Shown: positions 55,024 through 64,000 of the stretch, one piece after another
Numbering within the stretch: position 1 is the first letter of the stretch
Layout: every line of letters starts with the position of its first letter
Source: Podarcis gaigeae
Lineage: Eukaryota
Assembly (NCBI GenBank): GCA_964106915.2
Contig: OZ066914.1
Length of the DNA: 64,000 nt
Reading direction: 5' to 3' (one strand)
The notes under the pieces: generated by a model
The model's database searches: none
What the model saw: the letters and a program-made list of their open reading frames with translations, nothing else
Told to the model about the DNA's origin: nothing
Translations under genes and position numbers: made by a program

Positions 55024-55270
55024 CAGTGGTACTTCGGGATGCAAACGTGATCCGTTCCGGAGCCCCGTTCGCATCCCGAATGGAACGCAAGACACGTCTG
55101 AGCGTGTGCAGGTCGCATTTTGCCACTTCCGCGCATGCGAGTGACGTCATTTTGAGCGCATGCGCAAGTGGCGAAACCCGGAAGTAACGCACTCCGTTAC
55201 TTTTGGGTTGCTGCAGAGCGCAACTCAAACACGCTCAACCTGAAGCATACTCAACTCGAGGTATGACTTG
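55024..55270. mobile_element. Tc1/mariner MITE of the 17954 family (inverted), nested in a minus-strand CR1-tail remnant
   Basis: cagtggtacttcggg...cgaggtatgact(t)g. The flanks catagaa...ctagtccaac...gcaatgcagg | cctgacagatggccatcc resemble a reversed CR1 3' end. Confidence 0.8.
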
Positions 55271-56316
55271 CAATACCTGACAGATGGCCATCCAACAGCA
55301 ATTGGTATCCACAATGCTGTTACCATCTAATGAAGGTCACAGCAATAGCCCTTTTATTGTCACTGTCATGCCTGTCCCAGTACGTCTTGCGTTTACTGTG
55401 TTTTATATGGTTTGCTGTGTTTTTGATTATTTTTATTACTGTGAACAACTTTGAAAGATGGTATAGAAACAGTATAAACAAATACTTTTGAACATAAGAG
55501 ATGACACTGAGGAGGGCTGATGCTGGGACCAGAGCCAGGTTTGAGCTAGTAATAAACTGATATCAAACTCCAGAGAGGTTTGGTCTTGGCTCACAATTTG
55601 CCTAGAAATTCTAAGATGGAGTTCATATCTTGAACTCCCCAAGTCCACATCACCAACATTGATGGGACTAATTTCTACATTTAAATGATTTGGGAGTAGT
55701 GGTGCGTCATCACGGTATGCAATAGATTAAACAAATACAGAGATAAGGGAAATGTTCTCCTTCTTTGCTCCCTGACATATGGAAAGGTGCCTCAGGCAAA
55801 GAAGAGAAAAATTGAGAAATCAAAAGGTTCTACCATATAAACTGCCAGAGAGACCAGATGAGCTTATTTCCCATTGTATCCACTACTGTTCCAAAATTAT
55901 AATGGAAATGTGACATCTCCTGTGCATTAAAATCACTCGCGAGATGGAGTGGCTTGGTTCTATCCCCTTCAATGAATTTTCACTGCCTGCCCATGCTACT
56001 AAAAATAGGCACTTTTAGACAATTTGCCCATGTCTGCATGAAGAAGAGCAGACGAAAAGAAGCCCAAAGCTGCTAACGAATCCACTGCAGGTAAATTTTG
56101 ATGCAGATGTGGAAGGACTATTAGGCTACATGTCCTGGTTCATAGGTAAGTACCTGTGTACCAGGGTCATGATGCCACATATTTATAGGGCTGAAGCAGT
56201 CCCAAGAACACTTTTAGAAACCAATATGAAATCCCATTATGCTGGAAATTCAAAGCTAAAAGGATATATTGTGTGCAGATGGATAAAAGACAAAAAGAAC
56301 AACAACGCAAGCTTAC

Positions 56317-56418
56317 ATCTGTTTGTATGATGCTCCATGCATTAGTCAGGCCAATATTTCCATCAGTTCCATATAAATGAAGCCCTTTCTTCAGGTCCCG
56401 CTGAGCATACTTATCAAT
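56317..56418 (-). CDS. TSPAN4: TSPAN4 (tetraspanin-4) coding exon, start of the large extracellular loop: IDKYAQRDLKKGLHLYGTDGNIGLTNAWSIIQTD
   Basis: Minus-strand catttccag acceptor and GTAAGC donor. 102 nt, phase 0/0. Nearly identical to the recalled human IDRYAQQDLKKGLHLYGTQGNVGLTNAWSIIQTD. Confidence 0.95.
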
Positions 56419-59400
56419 CTGGAAATGAAGCACATACGGTTGCATGTAAGTATGCTAGACCTTGAAAACTCCAAAATGACACCTTTAAAGCAGATTCCTC
56501 TGAAAAGCCATGGTGATGATTGCACTGAAGGTGGGATTTGTGTGCAAAATGTGGCAAAGAAAGAACTAGGTGGGATCTGGGCAAATGTGCATCTGATGTG
56601 AAAATGGCCTCAGCACCTAGCCCATATCCTGACTCTTCCTCTGATTCTCTGAGTCATGGATTTGGCTTTTTTAGTATCAAGGAAGTTTTGAAGGAACAAT
56701 GCTGGCCTTTTCCATTCATTCAGTCCTCTTTACTTAATAACTTTGCTATATATAGAATATTTAGTGATGAGGATCTTGCTTTCTCTGGTGTAGAAAAGAT
56801 GCCTCCTTCCTTACATTTTTTTAGCCCATTCTGTATTGTATAATAAGTTTCAAAATAAGGGTGTGTCGAATAGCTCAGTATTGTGGAACATTATCAATAT
56901 TGCAGAGTAGGATAGATGCATTTTAGACAACACATTTCCAATAGCAGTTCACCTTAATAAAAAATGGTTATTTCTATATGAAGAGCTTAGGGCAGGGCCG
57001 ACATGCAGAAGCCACTTTTCACAAACATTTTGATCCCATGAGAAGCACTATGAACCATGGTCACCCAACTAAGTGTCAAGGAAATATATCCTGCCCTCTG
57101 CATTTGCATGTCTATATAGCATCACTATGCAGTCAATTCTAATTACCTATGGTGGCATTGGCATGAACCAAGCACAGGAAGTGTTTTCCATCACTCTGAA
57201 CCAGCTTGCTGATGTCATGTAGCCAAATCTGACAGGTTATGTGGAAATTTGCCATCCTCACTATCTGATACCTCATTGGTTTGGATCATGTAATAAGGGA
57301 GAAGAAAACTGTGCTGAAGGAACAGCCAAGGGGATAAAAATGAGTTCCTTGGGTGACCAGTGAACGTAAATGGGTACTCATTTTCCTTAGTAATGGAGTT
57401 AATTGATAACAAAGTACACCCCACTTGGAAAATAAATACATTTTTAAAAATGAACTGTGGAAGTAAAAATAAAGAGGAGTGCAAAAAAGGCAGCCATGAA
57501 ATTAAAGGCATCTGACAGGTAAATAAGATATGCCAGGTTAGAAATAAGGCAGCTTGGAAATGCTGATCTTCATAATAAGTGGCTGCTATATCAACGTACA
57601 CTTCACCTGCAGATTAATATGGAATAGGAGTGCCCAAACTAAAAAAAAAGCAGAAAAGTGTCTAAGCAGCAAACTTAATGAAATGCAAAATGCCAAGGTT
57701 GCTTTTCTGCAAACCATTTGACACAGTTGCATGGCATGATAATCCCTCTGACTAGGATTCAGATGTTGCCCTACTTAATGTAATCTTCATGCCCTGTTTC
57801 AGATCAATAATTTTTAATAACCCCAAGTCAACATTTGTAAAATGCCTGAAGGATCCAGAGGAATATTTTGTTAGCTCAGGTGTGCTTTAACACATTTTCT
57901 CATTTTACCATAATAGATTGCTTAACCATGCATTTCTGTTCAACATTGTACCATGTAAGAAAATCACTAATGTGCAACTTGTATAAATAGAAATCAGTAG
58001 CAGCAGGTGACAACATCTGGGAGATCTTCACCTTTTCCCAGGAGACAAGTTAACCTGAGTGACAGGAAAAAGCTTATGGGTTAATTAATACCCATCAAGG
58101 CACAGCAGATTTTTCTGGATGAGCCCCTTCCCACTGTGCTAAAAAGCCCAAACAAATATGTGCATATATTGCATGGATTATTCTCACTGTATTGAAGAAA
58201 TAGTTGCTATCAGTTACTATACTGATGTCTGGCAACCACAGACTGATCAGAAGCAGGTTAACCACCAGGGGTGGCCCCGTTTTCAGAATACCGGGTTAAA
58301 AACGGTAAATGCAAGTTGCAGCACGCATTTCATAACACCAACTTTGTGCCATGAATGTTTACCAGCTTGAATATTCTGAATGATTAGCCATTATCACTAC
58401 TTTAAACACCACCATTCTTGATTCTTTGCAAAGCATACTCAAGAGTTCTAGCAAATACATGCTGTTGTTGTTGTTGTTATACTTATTTATACTATATCCT
58501 GCCCTTTCCCCCAGACCAAGACTCAAGGCGGCCTCCAGATACAATAGAAAAAGTTAAAATAGCCTTGGGAAGACCAAAACTTTCTGTACATGCAACTGAG
58601 ATAAAGTCTCTTTCATAGCTCAGGGTATCATACAGATAAATATGCTGCAGATTACAAAATGCTTAAAATGCTACCTTATTATAGTAATGTAACTCATATA
58701 AGCCATGACAGATCATTCTAATGTTTAGTTACAAGAGCATCTGAGCTACTGTGAAACATGCAATATTTTTTTAAAAAAAGTAACCAACCATTTAAAATTA
58801 ACCAGATGCCTTGTATCTTATTTTCCAGCAGATCAGTGTGAGGCTCCTTTTTAGGTGTCCTCGTTTGGGCATATACAGTATGTGCTTACATCCAGAATAG
58901 TCCTTTCCTCTCCCACTCCCAACTATCCATCCATCCAGTGTAGACAATGGTGCATATTAAGCTATACCCCCCCACCTCAACAGTTTTTGAATCTTGTCAG
59001 GCGGATGATGTTCACACAGCTCCAGTGACATGTATTTGAGAAAGTAAGAAATATTTTAGGTAGCTGCTGCGGGTGAAACAGTTCCAAGAAAGACATCAAG
59101 GAAGAGTTTGTGCTGTAGGAATCTTTCTACCTCCATTTGTACCAATATATTCCTCACAGCAGCAGCAGGGTGGAAGGAAAGTAGTGTTATCTGTGTTTAG
59201 AGCTGGGGAAAGGCAGAATGATATAGGAGGCGCTTGGACTCTGGAGGAAACATAATGCTGCCTGCTGCAGCCAGTTTTTGTGGATTGGAGGGAAGATATA
59301 AAAAGGGCTGTGAAGCCAACAATGATATTGGCTGCCTCCTGTGATTTGAGAGGAATGGGAGTTGAAGGTGTTGTGGTCCTGGTCATCATTCCTACAGGGG

Positions 59401-60597
59401 ACTCTGGGCCTGGGTATGGGAAAGAGGCGTGACCCATGGAATATGGAGGGCATGTAAATCTAACAGAAGAGCTCTTCAGCCAGTGGCTGCCACACGATGC
59501 CTTCTGGGAGCAGGAGGGGGTCATTGGTGGACTCCTAGTGAGGCCTATTAAATGAATACATTGCTTCCCACTTAAAAAAAAGTAGTCTTGAAGTGTTTAC
59601 AATCAAATAAATAAATCATGTGTGTAATCATGTGTAATAAAATGAAAGCTTGGAGTGGAGAAAAATGCAGAGACTTTTCAGCTTTGAGGCAGAGGAGGCC
59701 ATGGAGGCCATGACTCTGTGGAACTGTAGCCTCCCTGTGGAGGAGGAGCTGTGGAAAGACAGCTTCCAGAAAGCACTGGAACTTAAAATGTAGATTTAGA
59801 CACTATGAGCAGATTCTTTGTACCTCAGTATCACAGGGATTCCTTTATTAAATACACACCCATCCCTAATTTTTAGGAAAAAAATGTCCTTAGTGTCATT
59901 ATTACTCCTGTCCAGCACTGAGCAGCAGTGTCTGGATGAAGGAAGCATGGGTTGATTTCTTTAAATATATATATAATGCTGAGCTTAACAGCAGCATTCC
60001 CATGAATTCCCACCTGTGGACAGAAATTCTAATTTCAGGCCCCACTGCTCTCTAGTGCATCACATTCTCTTCACCCCCACCCTCCCAATTACTGAAAGCC
60101 CAAGCAGCAATTATTTCATACTGAGGAAAGCCTCCTAGGCAGTGTCTTGATATTGGTAAGTAAATATTTCTGACCTTTCTGATGATTGCTTCCCTCCTCC
60201 CCACTAACAAGGGAGAAGAAGCTGTAAAGAAATGACAAAATATCCAATTGTTTCCCACTGGGTGAAACTTCTAATTTCATGCCTTGATAATCATTCTCTA
60301 CAGATAGCGCGGAGCTGGAAATTGAATGTAAATAGAGAGCACCTAATCTATAAGGTCATTTGCAGGAGCCCCGCTTTCTCCTGGGGAAAAGATGTGATTG
60401 ATTGTACTACTAGATGAGGACAGCTTAATACTGGGCTAGGACATTATTCAGTACATGAACTGGCCATGAAAGTGAACGTTACACAGAGACTTTATTTTAG
60501 GATAAAGGCTGCACCAAGTCCTGGATGTGAAACTATATCAAAGGCACACCTGCCAGGGGAGAGGCTAATTTGGGATCAGATCTGAATTGTTTTAGAT

Positions 60598-60901
60598 CAT
60601 GGGTAGGCAAACTACCCATGCGGCCCAATCACCTTCTAAATTCCTGACGGTCCGGAAATCAGCATGTTTTAACATGAGTAGAATGTGTCCTTTTATTTAA
60701 AATGCACCTCTGGGTTATTTGTGGGGCCTGCCTGGTGTTTTTACATGAGTAGAAGGTGTGCTTTTATTTAAAATGCATCTCTGGGTTATTTGTGGGGCAT
60801 AGGAATTCGTTCATTTCCCCTCCTCAAAATATAGTCTGGCCCCCCACAAGGTCTGAGGGACAGTGGACCGGCCCCCTGCTGAAAAAGTTTGCTGACCCCT
60901 G
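60598..60901. mobile_element. hAT MITE with an 8-bp TSD and an internal ~60-bp tandem duplication
   Basis: TIRs catgggtaggcaaact and agtttgctgacccctg. TSD ttttagat at 60590-60597 and 60902-60909. Confidence 0.88.
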
Positions 60902-61364
60902 TTTTAGATTAACATTCAATTTCAGAAATTTGTCTTATGCTGTATAAATAAAATCATTATACATGGTTGTCCTTTTTCATTTATATTTTCTATGTTTCAG
61001 TTATTTCCCTTCCCTTTCACCATCCCAAAATAAAGCACCTTGCTGTCTGATCTGCTGAAGATCTTTTAAGCTGGCAGCATTTCATATCGACTAGCAAACT
61101 GACCTGGCATGCTGCTGAGCAGAAGAAAGCATTTGCAATATCAAGGCATTACTTTCCAAGCTTAAAAACAGAAATCAAGAGCGAAAGAGTAAATCAGCAG
61201 TTTAAGATGCTGAGATAATAATTAGGTGTGACAAAGGTATAGGTTGCTAAAATACCTTATTTTGCAGGATGATACAAAATCTTAAGCTGCAATGGGAAAT
61301 GACATGACATGCACGTATGGGACAGAAAAACCACATAGTCAGGTCTTGGCCTACTGTTGATTAG

Positions 61365-62481
61365 CCTACTTGTAAAGAAGCTGGTAAAATGCGGTCTTGA
61401 CTATGCTACCACTCAGTGGATTTGTAACTGGCTGACTGACCGAACCCAAAGGGTGCTCATCAATGGTTCCTCTTCATCCTGGAGAAGAGTGACTAGTGGG
61501 GTACCACAGGGTTCTGTCTTGGGCCCGGTCTTATTCAACATCTTTATCAACGACTTGGATGATGGACTCAAGGGCATCCTGATCAAATTTGCAGATGACA
61601 CCAAACTGGGAGGGGTGGCTAACACCCCAGAGGACAGGATCACACTTCAAAACGACCTTGACAGATTAGAGAACTGGGCCAAAACAAACAAGATGAATTT
61701 TAACAGGGAGAAATGTAAAGTATTGCACTTGGGCAAAAAAAATGAGAGGCACAAATACAAGATGGGCAACACCTGGCTTGAGAGCAGTACATGTGAAAAG
61801 GATCTAGGAGTCTTGGTTGACCACAAACTTGACATGAGCCAACAGTGTGACGTGGCAGCTAAAAAAGCCAATGCAATTCTGGGCTGCATCAATAGGAGTA
61901 TAGCATCTAGATCAAGGGAAGTAATAGTGCCACTGTATTCTGCTCTGGTCAGACCTCGCCTGGAGTACTGTGTCCAGTTCTGGGCACCACAGTTCAAGAA
62001 GGACACTGACAAACTGGAACGTGTCCAGAGGAGGGCAACCAAAATGGTCAAAGGCCTGGAAACGATGCCTTATGAGGAACGGCTAAGGGAGCTGGGCATG
62101 TTTAGCCTGGAGAAGAGGAGGTTAAGGGGTGATATGATAGCCATGTTCAAATATATAAAAGGATGTCACATAGAGGAGGGAGAAAGGAGCAATGGATCCA
62201 AACTACAAACTACAAGGAGAGAAGCGGACACGGAGCAATGGATCCAAACTACAAGAAAGAAGATTCCACCTAAACATTAGGAAGAACTTCCTGACAGTAA
62301 GAGCTGTTCGACAGTGGAATTTGCTGCCAAGGAGTGTGGTGGAGTCTCCTTCTTTGGAGGTCTTTAAGCAGAGGCTTGACAACCATATGTCAGGAGTGCT
62401 CTGATGGTGTTTCCTGCTTGGCAGGGGGTTGGACTCGATGGCCCTTGTGGTCTCTTCCAACTCTATGATTCTATGATTATG
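61365..62481 (+). mobile_element. CR1 LINE, 5'-truncated: C-terminal ORF2 (RT) plus 3' UTR, antisense within a TSPAN4 intron
   Basis: RT motifs GVPQGSVLGP and FADDTKL. CR1 C-terminal motifs LEYCVQFWAP and LEKRRLRGD. The 3' end carries the CR1-type (ATTCTATG)-like repeat. One frameshift near 62190. Confidence 0.95.
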
Positions 62482-63644
62482 TAGCAGTCCTGCTGCTGAA
62501 CAGAGAGGCTGCTAATGGGTTGTTACAATTAGGGTGAGTGAGCATTTATAGGCCCTACATCACCCTAAAGGCTGCAGCCTTTGAATCCTGCAGGTATCCT
62601 AGGATTGGCTGTGCAGGGGCTCCTACCACTCACAAAAGATCACATGGGTGGAAATTGTGGAAATCAAGCATGAAGAAAATACATGTCATATATGGACAAT
62701 TAAGGTAGTCTACTATTCATTTTAATGCTGACTGATTTTGTGATTGTAAAAATCAGTTCACCCTTGGCGCTGGCACATCAAATTATGTCAAATATTGTGG
62801 GCGCCAGCCACACCTTCATATAAGTTAAACAGCCAGTTATTAATTTGCTTTGTCAAAGCAAAGAACAGGAACCCCTCACAACCCGGGATGAACTTGTCAA
62901 TAGAGATAGAATTCCAATTAGCTTTTGCAAAGGCTACATGAGGCAGAAGCAGATCAACAGGGAAAGTCATCATTTCCATTGTTAAAACTAATGACCACTG
63001 TATGATTTTAAATTGAGCAGAACAGAAACACTGTGTATATAATCCCAGGCAGGAATTGTCAGACAGCAAAGGAAGAGCTTTTGGTTTATGTAGAGATGAA
63101 AGAATTGGCCATATGCCCACAGAGCCATTCAATGAAGCAATCTCAAGAGAATAACCTTTGGGTCAATTACCTGCATTATCCATTTAGTTAACATAGAAGC
63201 AAGGGGGGGAGTATTAATACAAAAATTGTACAACTTGGGGATAAAAATTATACTATTTGAGAATCAAAAATACCCTACTGCTGAGTCTAAAACAGCAAAC
63301 TACAGTGGTCAAAATAAAAATGGTTTTCTTAATGGTTAATATTCTCTTCTGCTGCTTTATGGTTTTGTTGGTTTGTTGTTTTAATAGTGATTATGCACAC
63401 TGGGAAACGAGTGTGTGTTAATTGTTAGGAATTGGAGTGTGATCAGTTTATATTATGCTCTAGTGCATGCAGTTTTTATGTTATTTCTTTGTGTTATTGT
63501 AAGTCACCTTGAGACTTTTGTGATAAATGTGATGAATAAATAAATAATCAGAATAAGATGGTGAAATTTGCAGGTCTGAATTACTATTCTCAGCAAAGAT
63601 TTCACTACACTACTAATCTAATCTATACTGCTGACCTTGTTTCA

Positions 63645-63780
63645 CAACCTTCACCAACCCAGTGACCGCCAGATGTTTTGGACTACAAGTCCCATCAGCC
63701 TCAGTCAGCATGCCATACTGGCTAGGCCTGTTGGGAGTTGTAGTTCATAAAGTCTGGAGGGCACCAGGATGGTGAAGGCT
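63645..63780. mobile_element. Short palindromic MITE (ggactacaa.tcccatc...gggagttgtag family). Other diverged copies near 4390-4630, 6230-6330, 27050-27160, 28130-28235, 32180-32305 and 50270-50375
   Basis: A recurrent inverted core seen at each listed position. Confidence 0.6.
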
Positions 63781-64000
63781 ATTGTATGGTGGCTGTCGGG
63801 AATGTTTCTCAGCCCTGGGCACAATGGCACATTATGTGATACAATACCAAGATGGTAGCTTCTTAACTACCTAACTTAGCTTGGTATATTGCACAAAGCT
63901 TGCCTTGGACACATCTTGACAAAGCACTAGTTAAGGAGGGATAGAACCAAATAGGAACCCAATAGGAACCCAATGTGACCATGATGATAACCTGGAATCA

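Noticed and set aside
59096-59524. 142-aa minus-strand ORF and a nearby TATA-like motif in a TSPAN4 intron
   Set aside because: No domain similarity or splice support. It could be an LTR relic, but I could not identify termini.
61413-62460. Antisense ORFs over the CR1
   Set aside because: Shadow frames of the CR1 ORF2 coding sequence.
62788-63132. Minus-strand ORF containing FLFFALTK, considered as the TSPAN4 TM3 exon
   Set aside because: It does not match the expected FF.LLL.VFLLE...ILFFAYTDK and lacks suitable splice sites. The true exon probably lies beyond the window.

Overview
Vertebrate genomic DNA, almost certainly from a squamate and probably a lacertid lizard, judged by the Sauria/Squam-type SINEs, CR1/L2 LINEs and TA-target MITEs. 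It holds the 3' ends of two convergent genes. CHID1 contributes its last three coding exons on + (18374-20484), after an intron of at least 18 kb. TSPAN4 contributes its last four coding exons on - (56418 down to 49916). The stop codons are about 29 kb apart. The rest is intron or intergenic DNA with many transposon relics and one 138-N assembly gap. These include a young 5'-truncated CR1, an unusual CR1 ORF1/ORF2-junction fragment, degraded L2s, four Sauria SINEs, and Tc1/mariner and hAT MITEs. Nearly all ORFs in the supplied track are spurious or repeat-derived. I found no convincing new multi-gene system. The best leads are at nucleotide scale: two templated-insertion scars typical of polymerase-theta end joining, a recurrent breakpoint in 3 of 4 Sauria SINEs, a 39-bp-stem hairpin in an intronic MITE, and candidate splice and polyadenylation variants. 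Gene and repeat family assignments come from recognition, not database searches.
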